From a virus, in IMG/VR virus record IMGVR_UViG_3300031951_000022, positions 93,713-157,712 of that record: a stretch of DNA of 64,000 bases. One strand, written 5' to 3'. A model generated the notes under the pieces. That model worked only from the letters and a program-made list of their open reading frames with translations, had not been told where the DNA came from and made no database searches. Below, piece by piece: positions 39,300 through 49,151 of the stretch (position 1 is its first letter; each line of letters opens with the position of its first letter). Both the position numbers and the translations under genes were made by a program.

Positions 39300-39691
39300 T
39301 ATGATAACTCTCTTTCGGCATTATTAAGCCAAGCTAGATTTTTGGTGGTTAAAAAATTAAGGTATAGATCAAAGATTTTTTGGTTGACTTCTTTGAATTC
39401 AAATTGCTTTCTACCAATTTTCGATAAGAATTTGGTATTTTTGCCTTCGCTGTATAGTCCGATTGGATTATAAATCTTACCATATGTACCAATCTTGATA
39501 TAAAATCTGGTAGGCTTATCATCTGTGCGAACAGACTTGGCAACCACCTTGTTGTTTTCTGTTTTTGATTGTGGGCGATCATTATCATCTAAGAAATCAT
39601 GATCACCTAGTATAGTAAAGTATTCGTAGTGCTTTTCTGATGGTTCTCTGTTTTTTTGAAAAAACATAAAATCCGATGTTAGCTTGGCCAT
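39299..39691 (-). CDS. Hypothetical protein
   Basis: 130 aa, coupled overlaps. Confidence 0.6.
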   Translation of the reverse strand: MAKLTSDFMFFQKNREPSEKHYEYFTILGDHDFLDDNDRPQSKTENNKVVAKSVRTDDKPTRFYIKIGTYGKIYNPIGLYSEGKNTKFLSKIGRKQFEFKEVNQKIFDLYLNFLTTKNLAWLNNAERELS

Positions 39692-40026
39692 ATTGTTTTA
39701 GTGCCTTTCTTCATTCGTGACATTCCTTTTGGTAGAGGCTTATCATCTACCGATTCTTTATAGCTATTATGTTTTTTATGTAGTTCTACCTTTTGATCGT
39801 CGCTAAGTCTGTCTCTGTTTCTGTTGGCTAGATCGCCTATCGTCTTTAGTTCGCTGTCAGACTTCTTTACAGAAGCACTTAATGTACTAACGTCTTTTAT
39901 ATAAAGCCTGTGTGTTGTTTTCTTATTGCATGAGATGCAATTAGGACTTTCAACATAGTCTTTTATATGAAAAAAAATTTCGAAGTCAGTATCGCACGAC
40001 TCGCAATGATATGAATATGTGGGCAT
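39679..40026 (-). CDS. FmdB-family Zn-ribbon protein
   Basis: MPTYSYHCESC...FE...CISC; start at TAATG 40026. Confidence 0.8.
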   Translation of the reverse strand: MPTYSYHCESCDTDFEIFFHIKDYVESPNCISCNKKTTHRLYIKDVSTLSASVKKSDSELKTIGDLANRNRDRLSDDQKVELHKKHNSYKESVDDKPLPKGMSRMKKGTKTIWPS

Positions 40027-40610
40027 TATAGTGAGTATGATTCTGGTAAATAAACTGTCCATTCCCTGGGTATATCTGTTCTTATCTTAGATAGGTGGTG
40101 AGCTATAGGCAAGTATTTGATACTTTTTTGGGGCGTTATTGGTAAATTTATTAGTGGCATATTGGCTTGCTTTGGTGTTCTGTTGCGTTTTTTTCTGTTG
40201 CACGTAATACATGCTGTTACTATATTGGTCCAAGAGGTTGGTGTTCCTATATTATGATTCCATAATGACTTAGGTATAACGTGGTCGTATGTTAATTCGT
40301 TCATGTCTTTGGAAACACCACAATATTGACACATATAATTATCTCGTATAAATAAATTCTTACGAGAAAACTTTACCCTATAAGAGTTAATCCTATAGTA
40401 TTTATTAGTTTTAGCTACTGCCGGTATGGGATACTTTTTATTATTAGTACCCATTATATAGTCATTTTTATAGAAGTCTATAATTTCTATGGTTGCGATT
40501 TGTGAGCTATCATTTTTCATAGACCAAATAATAGCCTTCTTCCAGTCAATAACTGTTAGAGGACTATAATCAGCATTTAAAACTAAGCATTGACTATTTT
40601 GGTTGTCCAT
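40026..40610 (-). CDS. HNH endonuclease (McrA-like)
   Basis: LVLNADYSPL, RDNYMCQYCG, TYDHVIPKS, WTNIVTACITCNRKK. Confidence 0.9.
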   Translation of the reverse strand: MDNQNSQCLVLNADYSPLTVIDWKKAIIWSMKNDSSQIATIEIIDFYKNDYIMGTNNKKYPIPAVAKTNKYYRINSYRVKFSRKNLFIRDNYMCQYCGVSKDMNELTYDHVIPKSLWNHNIGTPTSWTNIVTACITCNRKKRNRTPKQANMPLINLPITPQKSIKYLPIAHHLSKIRTDIPREWTVYLPESYSL

Positions 40611-41325
40611 TTTCGTAAGTGTCTAAGCGTCCAAGAATTTTGCCTATAATCGGATGTCTAACAATATCAGAAACATCCAAATATGATACTCCTATCCCCT
40701 CTACATTATCTAAAACGTTTGTCATAGTGTGAAACCCACCCTGCAAATGTCTATTTAGGTCTGACTGGCTAACGTCTCCAGTCAAAACCATCTTACTGTT
40801 TGTGCCAAGTCGTGTCAATAACATTTTTAGTTGATCGTATGAAGCATTTTGACATTCATCCGCCACTATAAAGCTGTCATGAAAATTACGACCTCTCATT
40901 AAGCCAAGAGGTACAATCTCGATCTTATTGTTGGTCTTAAGACTAGCATATAAAGCACTAGAGATAAAGTGGTTTACTTCGTCTAGTAAGGGCAATAGAT
41001 ACGGATGTAATTTTTCTTCTGCTGTTCCTGGTAAATACCCGATTTTTTCTCCGGACTCTACTACAGGTCTGGTTATAACTATCTTTTTGACCTTATTATC
41101 TAATAAATATTCCAAGGCCATACCAATAGCTATGTGTGTTTTACCACTACCAGCCACACCTTGACAAAAACTAATATAGTTTTCTGCTATAGTTCTAATA
41201 TATTGTTTTTGATTTTCTGTTCTTGGTTTTAATCTATTGCGGTAGATATCTCCAACCGGCTGAATATCATTAGTCAAATCAATAACTTTAGGTTTTTTCT
41301 TAATGTTTTTGCTTTTTTTTCTCAA
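40594..41325 (-). CDS. phoH: PhoH-like ATPase
   Basis: GVAGSGKT, RPVVE..EKIGYLPG, MRGR, DECQN, GDVSQSD. Confidence 0.95.
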   Translation of the reverse strand: MRKKSKNIKKKPKVIDLTNDIQPVGDIYRNRLKPRTENQKQYIRTIAENYISFCQGVAGSGKTHIAIGMALEYLLDNKVKKIVITRPVVESGEKIGYLPGTAEEKLHPYLLPLLDEVNHFISSALYASLKTNNKIEIVPLGLMRGRNFHDSFIVADECQNASYDQLKMLLTRLGTNSKMVLTGDVSQSDLNRHLQGGFHTMTNVLDNVEGIGVSYLDVSDIVRHPIIGKILGRLDTYENGQPK

Positions 41326-41349
41326 GATATTTCCTTTACGGATAGTGGG

Positions 41350-44300
41350 TTAAATTAGACATGCACCGCCAGCGCAACTAATTTCCTCTATCCCGGTCGT
41401 GTTATCCTCTGTCTCAGCAAGTTGCGTATAATCAACCTTCTTAAAACTATTGAATAAATCACAATAGATCTTCCAATTATAGACGTCTTTCATGCAGTAT
41501 GTTAAACGTCTAATGTCGCTGTCGAAATATTTACCAGCAAAATTTTTCATTTTGGTCATAAACAGGAGCTTGTCTTGGTTGTCATTATCTTTAGCTTGAT
41601 TTAAGCTGACATAATCACAAGCCGCCCACAAGTTGTTGTTAAAGGCATTTAGAGCAAGCTCGATTAAACCGGAACACCACAATGCTGCGTCACCGTACTC
41701 TTTAACAATTTCACGACTAGTATAAACCGTTGTGAAAGGAGCCTGTGGATAGTCTTTATCTCCGCTTTGAGGAATTAATGATATGCCAGCAAAATACTTA
41801 CGATTATCATAAATATACTTTGTAACATCATCCCATTCATCTGGCTTAACCGTTACAGTGTTGCTAACATTATGACTTAGATAGTCTTGAGTACATAATG
41901 CTCTATTCTTGCCCGAGTTCACCCAATTCTTTTGCGTTTCTTTGACAACCTCCAACATTTCCACCGCTGGCAATTGATTTTTAAGCTTGGCTCCGTCTGG
42001 TACTTCTATTGGAAATTTAATAACCTCATCTGTGTTATTAGCTGACCAAGAAGATTTTTCACAGGCTTGTGGATTTAACTTCTTAAAGTGTTGGTATGGT
42101 GCTTCAAGAATATTGGACTGAACATGTCTAATATATCTCTTAGCGTGGTGTGGATGAATACCTGAGCTTGTGCCTAACATACTAGAAGATGTGCCTTCTG
42201 GCTTTAAACATGTTACTCTAGCGGCTTGATTGATGTCGATTTTCTTTGCTAGAGCCTTATTGGTGTCAACAGCAATTTTTGCACCCTTTGTAAGCACCTT
42301 TTCTGTTAAGACTAGATCATGCTTTTCCATAGTTCCTGTTAAGGATACTCCTAATAGGGCTTCTCTTGAAAAGATTTTTTCACTAACATCTCCTAAGTAC
42401 TCTAGCTTAGTAAAACCAGCCTGTAAAGTACCGATGATTGCTGCTGCTTTGCATCTTTCATAAAAGTCATCTTCATCAATAACGCTTGAGCAGTTAATGG
42501 TGGATAGGTTGCATCCTTGCCATCCACTTTTGCCACTTTCTTCATCAACTGGCCACATACCAATTTCTACACAAGGATTAAAAATCATTTCTGTGGATTC
42601 GCTCCAAATGAATCCTGGCTCACCAAACTCCTTGACGCTTTCCATTAATGTTTGGAATTCTTCAAATGTGGTATCGTTTTTGAGTAATAGGGCGGAGTTA
42701 TTACTACGTGCTCTTTGTGGATTTTCCATATACCAATTGCCAGTTTTAGCCTTAGCCATTTCTTCATCGTCTGGACTAAATAACGCTAAACTAGCAGAGC
42801 GACGAACACCACCACTTAATACAGCATCACTGCTATGCATTACAATATCATAAGCATCAATTGGCCTGAGTCTTTTTTGACCATTAGCAACACAACGATC
42901 TAATAAGGTTCTAATTTTTTCTAGACCATGTTGTAGTGGCTCAAATCCTGGAGCCTTACCTACGCCAGAGCTTAATGAAGATCCCTTAGTTCTGATATTA
43001 GAATAATCGAATACAACGTGTGTATTTTTATACTCCTTAAAATCCTCAACAGGCTTGCTAAAGTATGAGCTTAATAGTGCGCCTAGAGCATCAGCCCAGC
43101 CTTCGATACTATCGTCTACTACATATTTTGTGCCAACTCCTTCTTTTACATTATGTTCTAGTGTTGGTAGTTTAGCCACATGATGCTTTTGTACACTGAA
43201 TCCTGTACCACTACCACAGAGTAGTAGCCAAAAACACTCTTGGAAAAATCTTAATCTATCACAATAACTAGAAGTACAGTTTCCTGTTGTTAAACCATTT
43301 GCTAATACAAAACTATGATCCTCTTCTACTTCTAAACACCATACATGATCATATACTTTTGTATTCTTAATATTTGTTACCTTAAATTTAGCACAACTCT
43401 TTCCTCCAATATTATTAATTATACGGAATTTAATGGTATATGGTCTTGTACCAAAATTAGTTACTTGACCAGTTAAATCGGTTTCAGAAACTATGAAAAC
43501 ACCAGCAATAGGAAAACATTTTCTGATAAATTCAATATGATCCAAATTACTAGATTGAATATTTCTATAGATATTTTTTGTGTAATTTGTATTTAGTTCT
43601 CCATCTGCGTCTAAATATCCTCTTACAAATGCTCTAATTAATCTTGGTTCATCTTTTTCTGGATTTGGGGCAGTCTTAAGATAAGTGCCAGTATACGCCA
43701 TAAAGTCACCATCTAAACTTAATGATGAACTGTTTTTAAATCCAAGTTCTTCAAATCTATATTTGTATTTTATTTGATCTCCACATAATCTTACCATACT
43801 ATATTTATATGTACCATCTTTGTATTTAACTTTTGTGCCGTCTCCGTAAACATAGCCATAAGCCCAATAAAGTCTTTCGTCTGGCAAAGCATTATCGTAG
43901 TCAAAATCATTAAAAATATCCGGTACTGCTAATAATTCATCTCCAATATTTAAATCTTTTGTTTGTTTCTTTTGTAGTGTTCCATTAAGAAGCCAATCAT
44001 GACCACTAGTGGTAAGTATTTTAGTATCATCACTATTATGTCTAGATATTGTTACTTCTATTAATTCTTGATTTCCTCCGCTAACAACTTTTGCTCTCTT
44101 CCACATACCAGTATGTGTTAATACTGTTATTTCTTGACCATTAGAAAAATCAGCAAAAGATACGACACCTTCTGAAGATACAAATTTTGTATTCTTATGA
44201 AAACAATTATAGATTTTAGCATGACGTTTTAATATAGGTTCTCCACCAAACTGTAAGGCTCTTTGACTACCTAATACCTTTTTCTTGTACATCATATCAT

Positions 44301-44469
44301 AGGCCCAGTCTATATCGGCCTTGATATCGCAATCAGCATACTTTGTATGCATCATGTTTTTAACTCTCTCTACGGCCTCCTTCCAAGTTTCTCGTCTGTT
44401 TTTATCTTCTAACCAACGAGCATACTTGCTAACAAATGTATAATTTTGTAGTTCTTGAAGGGCCGACAT
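41350..44469 (-). CDS. nrdJ: Class II (B12-dependent, monomeric-type) ribonucleotide reductase, intein-containing
   Basis: GGVRRSA, NPCVEI, GCNL, KPEGTSS, C-terminal CAGGAC. Confidence 0.92.
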   Translation of the reverse strand: MSALQELQNYTFVSKYARWLEDKNRRETWKEAVERVKNMMHTKYADCDIKADIDWAYDMMYKKKVLGSQRALQFGGEPILKRHAKIYNCFHKNTKFVSSEGVVSFADFSNGQEITVLTHTGMWKRAKVVSGGNQELIEVTISRHNSDDTKILTTSGHDWLLNGTLQKKQTKDLNIGDELLAVPDIFNDFDYDNALPDERLYWAYGYVYGDGTKVKYKDGTYKYSMVRLCGDQIKYKYRFEELGFKNSSSLSLDGDFMAYTGTYLKTAPNPEKDEPRLIRAFVRGYLDADGELNTNYTKNIYRNIQSSNLDHIEFIRKCFPIAGVFIVSETDLTGQVTNFGTRPYTIKFRIINNIGGKSCAKFKVTNIKNTKVYDHVWCLEVEEDHSFVLANGLTTGNCTSSYCDRLRFFQECFWLLLCGSGTGFSVQKHHVAKLPTLEHNVKEGVGTKYVVDDSIEGWADALGALLSSYFSKPVEDFKEYKNTHVVFDYSNIRTKGSSLSSGVGKAPGFEPLQHGLEKIRTLLDRCVANGQKRLRPIDAYDIVMHSSDAVLSGGVRRSASLALFSPDDEEMAKAKTGNWYMENPQRARSNNSALLLKNDTTFEEFQTLMESVKEFGEPGFIWSESTEMIFNPCVEIGMWPVDEESGKSGWQGCNLSTINCSSVIDEDDFYERCKAAAIIGTLQAGFTKLEYLGDVSEKIFSREALLGVSLTGTMEKHDLVLTEKVLTKGAKIAVDTNKALAKKIDINQAARVTCLKPEGTSSSMLGTSSGIHPHHAKRYIRHVQSNILEAPYQHFKKLNPQACEKSSWSANNTDEVIKFPIEVPDGAKLKNQLPAVEMLEVVKETQKNWVNSGKNRALCTQDYLSHNVSNTVTVKPDEWDDVTKYIYDNRKYFAGISLIPQSGDKDYPQAPFTTVYTSREIVKEYGDAALWCSGLIELALNAFNNNLWAACDYVSLNQAKDNDNQDKLLFMTKMKNFAGKYFDSDIRRLTYCMKDVYNWKIYCDLFNSFKKVDYTQLAETEDNTTGIEEISCAGGACLI
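43279..44205 (-). mobile_element. Intein (309 aa) with LAGLIDADG endonuclease in RNR
   Basis: Starts CFHKNT after IYN; TSGHDW; YGYVYGDG and RGYLDADG; ends VWCLEV..HSFVLANGLTTGN/C. Confidence 0.92.
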
Positions 44470-44470
44470 A

Positions 44471-44608
44471 TTATCTCCTATTTAAAAGTGCAAGAAATCC
44501 GAGAATGACAATACTTTTGAAAGACATGTTAACCATTTCTGTATTGTCCATTATACTATAATAGATGTGTAAAAACAATATCATATAAAACGCAGTTTGA
44601 TAGATCAT
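44471..44608 (-). CDS. Small hydrophobic protein (45 aa, not in ORF track)
   Basis: MIYQTAFYMILFLHIYYSIMDNTEMVNMSFKSIVILGFLALLNRR; ATGA-coupled, fills the gap before nrdJ. Confidence 0.55.
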   Translation of the reverse strand: MIYQTAFYMILFLHIYYSIMDNTEMVNMSFKSIVILGFLALLNRR

Positions 44609-45072
44609 AATACACCAGTCAATTCCCTTAGCCAAGAAAGATCTGGCGTTACATAATTTATTTTGATACCGCTCATACTAACAAATGTATCAAATCTTTT
44701 TTGTGCTTCTTCATCAAAAAGGTGTGTACCATGATTATCGCTCATAAATACGGTTGATACGCCTTCTTGCCACAAGGCCATAATACAGTCGCAGCAGGAT
44801 TGTCCTGTAACATAAGCTATTCCATTATCTGGTCTAACAACACAATTAGACAAAGCATTACGCTCGGCATGTATCATCCAAGGATATTTTAGTGGCCTAA
44901 CATTAGGTAGGTCAGTATCCTTGAGTCCGCGAGGAAAGCCATTATATCCCATCCCCAACACTCTGTTGTGATTATCTGTAATAACACAACCATGTTGAGT
45001 TTGAATATCGTGACTGCGTTGCGAAACAACTTTCGCAAGTCCTAAAAAATAATCTGTCCAGATTGGGCGCAT
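44605..45072 (-). CDS. dCMP deaminase
   Basis: MGYNGFPRG, HAERNA, CxxC. Confidence 0.9.
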   Translation of the reverse strand: MRPIWTDYFLGLAKVVSQRSHDIQTQHGCVITDNHNRVLGMGYNGFPRGLKDTDLPNVRPLKYPWMIHAERNALSNCVVRPDNGIAYVTGQSCCDCIMALWQEGVSTVFMSDNHGTHLFDEEAQKRFDTFVSMSGIKINYVTPDLSWLRELTGVL

Positions 45073-45076
45073 TTAA

Positions 45077-45328
45077 TCAGTTAGATTTTTCTAATAGTTT
45101 TTTATAAAATACTAATGAAGCAATTGCTCCAGCAACACCCATTATTATGCCCGCCGGTTGAAGTGGTGTCATACCCAGCAGATAGGTTATTATACCTCCA
45201 GCGTATGATCCTGCAACCCCTAAAGATATTGTTTTCCAAAAACCGAAATTCTCTTCGCCAGGAACTATACTCTTGGCAATACTACCAACAAATAATCCGT
45301 ATACACACCATATCATAATACTAAACAT
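45077..45328 (-). CDS. GlsB/YeaQ/YmgE-family membrane protein
   Basis: GLFVGSIAKSIVPG...LGVAGSYAGG...GVAGA. Confidence 0.8.
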   Translation of the reverse strand: MFSIMIWCVYGLFVGSIAKSIVPGEENFGFWKTISLGVAGSYAGGIITYLLGMTPLQPAGIIMGVAGAIASLVFYKKLLEKSN

Positions 45329-45713
45329 TGGCTGCCTCCATCAGTGTTTTAAGTTCATCTTCACTAAGATTTTCACCTGTATTTAAAATAGCGTTCATCA
45401 GGTCCACACCATAAGCTTTGTATGCGTCTGGCGTGAGTTCTCTCTTGATTGCTTTTTTTATAGTTCTTTTGGTAAACCACGATCTGCGCATGGCGGTTTG
45501 TTTAATTTCGGAGCCGAAATAGTCATACTGTTGATTTTTATTTAGCAAAGAGCGCAGCTTGCTTTTGTTGCATTCTTGTAGCACTCTAATAACAGTTAAT
45601 ATAATACTGATAATCATTAATATAGCAATAACACTACCACACTTTTCAGTGCCATGATCAGGCACCTGCAATAAAACTTTTTCAGCAATATTTTTTAGTT
45701 TAATGTTATTCAT
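45321..45713 (-). CDS. Membrane protein
   Basis: One TM (VIAILMIISIILTVI); start at ATGA overlap 45713. Confidence 0.6.
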   Translation of the reverse strand: MNNIKLKNIAEKVLLQVPDHGTEKCGSVIAILMIISIILTVIRVLQECNKSKLRSLLNKNQQYDYFGSEIKQTAMRRSWFTKRTIKKAIKRELTPDAYKAYGVDLMNAILNTGENLSEDELKTLMEAANV

Positions 45714-46021
45714 TTTTGAAATACCTTTGTTTTGCAACCATTTTCGTCGCAAGATTGTTGGGGTGTTGCGGTTTTGGGCTGTTGCTTATCTGGTTCGCAA
45801 TAGCCGCAATTCACTTTTGTAATGTCGTCTCCACTAATATACCAACCCTTACCCTTACACACTGGACAATCTTTTCTTTTATATTTGTCAGATACTTCTG
45901 TATTTTGAGCTTTAATAATACCACCCACAACAGTAACGACAGATGTGGTGGAACCTTTATATCCATAATCCCCAAAAACCAAAAGAGACCCTATTAATGT
46001 AAAGGCTAATAATTTATTCAT
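45710..46021 (-). CDS. Signal-peptide protein with DnaJ-like CxxCxGxG motif
   Basis: Hydrophobic N-terminus, CPVCKGKG...CGYC. Confidence 0.6.
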   Translation of the reverse strand: MNKLLAFTLIGSLLVFGDYGYKGSTTSVVTVVGGIIKAQNTEVSDKYKRKDCPVCKGKGWYISGDDITKVNCGYCEPDKQQPKTATPQQSCDENGCKTKVFQK

Positions 46022-46178
46022 CTCTTCGTCTCCATCTTGGCTTGCGTTTTTTTTCTTCTGGTTTTGGTAGGTCTATATCTTCAAGAGACTGTGGGGCAAA
46101 AATTTTAATTAAACCAAGAACAAAGCTGGTAATAATACTTATTAACCTGTTTAATACAATTCTATCTAAGATTCTCAT
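46014..46178 (-). CDS. Small membrane protein (54 aa, not in ORF track)
   Basis: MRILDRIVLNRLISIITSFVLGLIKIFAP...RKPRWRRRDE; overlaps both neighbours. Confidence 0.6.
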   Translation of the reverse strand: MRILDRIVLNRLISIITSFVLGLIKIFAPQSLEDIDLPKPEEKKRKPRWRRRDE

Positions 46179-47101
46179 AAATAATCCTCAAAACCATAAG
46201 AGGGTAGTTTTTGCACAGGGAATCCGTCAAAATTACTAAAAGCATAGCTGCCATCTTGAGCTAACATTCCAGCAGCAACTTCTGCACGAATTAAAAAAGA
46301 ACCATCTGGGATTGGACCCCAATCTGGGTGTCCACCATCATTCCATTTACCCCAACTATTTTGGACCAAGAATAATGGCTCACTACCAGTATCGTCACAC
46401 GCTATCCAAGCCATACAATGAGCCCAGCTACCACTAGGATTAGCTATGCCCTTCTTATCTCTCTTGTGAGTAAAACCATAATTAGAACAGACGGCTAATC
46501 CATAACCGTTAGCTAATGCGTCTCTGGCTTCTTCAATAGTTTTAATTAATGATACCGTTTTAATTTGGTGATCATTAGCTAAATCTATAACCTTATCTGG
46601 TAGACCTCTACCACCCCATCCTGCTCCTAAATTACCATTATACTTACTTAAATCAATAACGCCTTTATAGTCCTTACGTACTAAAACGCCACCAATTTTA
46701 GATACAAATTCTGCTGCTCTAGAACAACTCATTCCTTGTCCAGCCCAACCTCTGGCTCCATAAATAGCTTCTGTTGCGCCTCTTGCTATCCAAGACTCTC
46801 TTTCTCCATCGATATCTATCTCTACGGCTCTACTAATATCGCAAGCATTACGTGTTCCGTGAGACACACAATCTCCTGTTGTTTGTCTTTCGTTATACGG
46901 ATTTTTGTCAAACTTCAACACACTCTTGTATGGGGTAGATAGTTTACCTTTACCGCTATTCTTAATTTTTTTACTAGCGGCTCCAAATAATGGATATTTA
47001 GAAGTTTCCATTAAATGATCAAAAATCTGTTGTTCCCAAATACAACCAGAAAAACCTTTGCGATAATTATTATAGAGTTCTTGTGGAGATAATCTTGCCA
47101 T
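46175..47101 (-). CDS. Papain-like (C1-type) cysteine peptidase
   Basis: QTTGDCVSHG, AHCM, VQNSWG (Cys-His-Asn triad plus oxyanion Gln). Confidence 0.85.
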   Translation of the reverse strand: MARLSPQELYNNYRKGFSGCIWEQQIFDHLMETSKYPLFGAASKKIKNSGKGKLSTPYKSVLKFDKNPYNERQTTGDCVSHGTRNACDISRAVEIDIDGERESWIARGATEAIYGARGWAGQGMSCSRAAEFVSKIGGVLVRKDYKGVIDLSKYNGNLGAGWGGRGLPDKVIDLANDHQIKTVSLIKTIEEARDALANGYGLAVCSNYGFTHKRDKKGIANPSGSWAHCMAWIACDDTGSEPLFLVQNSWGKWNDGGHPDWGPIPDGSFLIRAEVAAGMLAQDGSYAFSNFDGFPVQKLPSYGFEDYL

Positions 47102-47604
47102 TATTTACTCCCCTCATAGCAAGCCCATGCTAATGCTTTGAATCCATCCACAGCCTTTTCTCTTAGTTCTTCGTTTAATAAAACGTGATCGTCTCCAATA
47201 GCTTCTATCACAAGAGACTGGGCTGCTTTAGGAAGATCAGGATATTTACCTTTGATATCTAGCTGTAGCATTAAACCAGCAAGTCTATTTGCTTGTCTAA
47301 TCTCATCAGTATTTTTAATGACTTCATTCTCATTAGTTAGTGAAATTAATGTAGCCATATCATTATACAACCCGGCTAGTCTTTTAGCGTCCATTCTTCT
47401 ATCTGCACTAATAGATAGTGCCTGAATAACGTCGTTAGCCTTTACTCTGAGTTCAGGAGTTTTGGGTTCTGGTAAATTAAGCTCGTCTACTACCACAACC
47501 TGTGGCTTGGGACCAAGAGGAATATTAATATTCTCTAGACTGGGCTTAAATATACCAATTGCCACTAAAACAGCTGCAACTATTAATAACCATTTATTAT
47601 TCAT
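47101..47604 (-). CDS. Membrane-anchored hypothetical protein
   Basis: N-terminal TM, Pro-rich linker. Confidence 0.6.
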   Translation of the reverse strand: MNNKWLLIVAAVLVAIGIFKPSLENINIPLGPKPQVVVVDELNLPEPKTPELRVKANDVIQALSISADRRMDAKRLAGLYNDMATLISLTNENEVIKNTDEIRQANRLAGLMLQLDIKGKYPDLPKAAQSLVIEAIGDDHVLLNEELREKAVDGFKALAWACYEGSK

Positions 47605-48005
47605 ACAATATCCTTTCCCTTACCCTTTGCACATACAACTGGACTAATATACGGAAACATCTCATCAGCCACTCTTACAGCCTCTTCACAGCCGCTTTGA
47701 AAAGCCAAGTCTCTAGTTTGTTTCCACGAGACAATTAACTTGAAAAAGATGTCCTCTTTATCTGCTTCGGTAATAACCACTGGCTTAACAGGTGGGACCA
47801 CTACTGTATCCGCAACTGTTACTTGTGGCTTAACATTATTTAGTACAGACTTTGCACGACCAATAACAGATGCTAATAATGTTTGAATGGGACTAAGTTT
47901 ATTTTTAAACATAACCCATACAACCAAACCCACACCCGCATATAGGGCCAAGTCTGTTGTGCTTAAACTACTACTAAACTGATCGAAACTTTCTGTAAAG
48001 TTCAT
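47601..48005 (-). CDS. Membrane protein
   Basis: TM LALYAGVGLVVWVMF; GAGG SD. Confidence 0.6.
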   Translation of the reverse strand: MNFTESFDQFSSSLSTTDLALYAGVGLVVWVMFKNKLSPIQTLLASVIGRAKSVLNNVKPQVTVADTVVVPPVKPVVITEADKEDIFFKLIVSWKQTRDLAFQSGCEEAVRVADEMFPYISPVVCAKGKGKDIV

Positions 48006-48015
48006 ATTAATCCTC

Positions 48016-48438
48016 TTATTTTTCAGAAATCTTTGGTGTCACATTTTCTGCATTAGGATCACTATCTTTGCTTGGAAAAACACCAGTATCTTTGAATGTT
48101 GTTACCATAGCATCGATTGTTGATCCTACTAGTATCATCAAAAACGCTTTGACATACTTATGTATAATAGGTTCTACAAGAGTTGGAACAAAGGGAATAT
48201 CTATCACAATAAATACGCTGTCATAAAACCTAGATAAAATTTCCATCGCCACCGCTTTTTTATCTTTACCAGCTACGCCAACAGCGGTTACTTCAATAGC
48301 CTGAACGATTTTGGCTACGGCTAATTGTAAAACTTTCCACGCTTGTGATACTGCGACTATTCTAACTTCCTTGAGGGCGTTTTTTGCTTCTAGGATTAGG
48401 CTTTCGAGTTCTGGTTTTAGTAGTTCTAATAATGTCAT
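48016..48438 (-). CDS. Hypothetical protein
   Basis: 140 aa, GKDKK motif, AGGAG SD. Confidence 0.6.
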   Translation of the reverse strand: MTLLELLKPELESLILEAKNALKEVRIVAVSQAWKVLQLAVAKIVQAIEVTAVGVAGKDKKAVAMEILSRFYDSVFIVIDIPFVPTLVEPIIHKYVKAFLMILVGSTIDAMVTTFKDTGVFPSKDSDPNAENVTPKISEK

Positions 48439-48721
48439 CTTTTTTTCTCCTGTTATTAACGGTATTGGCTACTTCTCTTTCTTCTGTTGATGCTGTGTTC
48501 CACCAAGTTTGCTTAATGGCATTTCTACTGCTTATATATTTGTATAGCAGTGTGAGCTGCCCAATGATTAGTATTAGAGCTTCTAGTCCTTTGCTTGTTT
48601 CTTGAATAAGATCTTCTTTTTGGTCTACGTTATCCAATAAGCCTACTAGGTATAGTCCACTAAAAACAAAGCTGACTAATGTAAACCAAAATTCGCTTGT
48701 TCTATAACCGGGCTTAATCAT
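48362..48721 (-). CDS. Holin-like membrane protein
   Basis: KPGYRTSEFW, two TMs, basic C-terminus. Confidence 0.5.
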   Translation of the reverse strand: MIKPGYRTSEFWFTLVSFVFSGLYLVGLLDNVDQKEDLIQETSKGLEALILIIGQLTLLYKYISSRNAIKQTWWNTASTEEREVANTVNNRRKKDDIIRTTKTRTRKPNPRSKKRPQGS

Positions 48722-48732
48722 TAATACACCCT

Positions 48733-49053
48733 TTATGTTCTTTCGATTCTTTCTTCTAAAGCTTCTAGGGTTTTCCCCAGAGTTGCTATCTGAACTTTAA
48801 GTTCGGTCATTACTTCTGTGTTACGCTGCAAAGCCATAGACAAAGCTGCTTGAGTTTCTTTGTTTACGGCCAATCTCTCCATTATAAATTGACGGTCTTG
48901 TAAATAAGGAGATTTTGTTTCGATCATATCTGCAACTTCCGCTTTGGTTGCCATATTTTTCCCTATAGTAAACCAAAAACCAAGCATAGTGACTATAATA
49001 CCAATGCTTGTTGTTGCAAGACTTTCCCAAAAATGTATTATAGTATCACTCAT
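48733..49053 (-). CDS. TM plus coiled-coil protein
   Basis: Start MSDTIIHF 49053 with AAGG SD. Confidence 0.6.
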   Translation of the reverse strand: MSDTIIHFWESLATTSIGIIVTMLGFWFTIGKNMATKAEVADMIETKSPYLQDRQFIMERLAVNKETQAALSMALQRNTEVMTELKVQIATLGKTLEALEERIERT

Positions 49054-49074
49054 AGATTGTTGCCTTTCTAAGCG

Positions 49075-49128
49075 AAAGAAAAAAGCCACCATACCTGTTA
49101 CAGTATCATGGCTTCTTCCGTTATAGCC
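49075..49128 (-). terminator. Putative intrinsic terminator
   Basis: AAGCCAU-GAUAC...GUAU-GGUGGCUU followed by UUUUCUUU. Confidence 0.55.
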
Positions 49129-49151
49129 TTTAAAAATTAGTAAATAATTAA

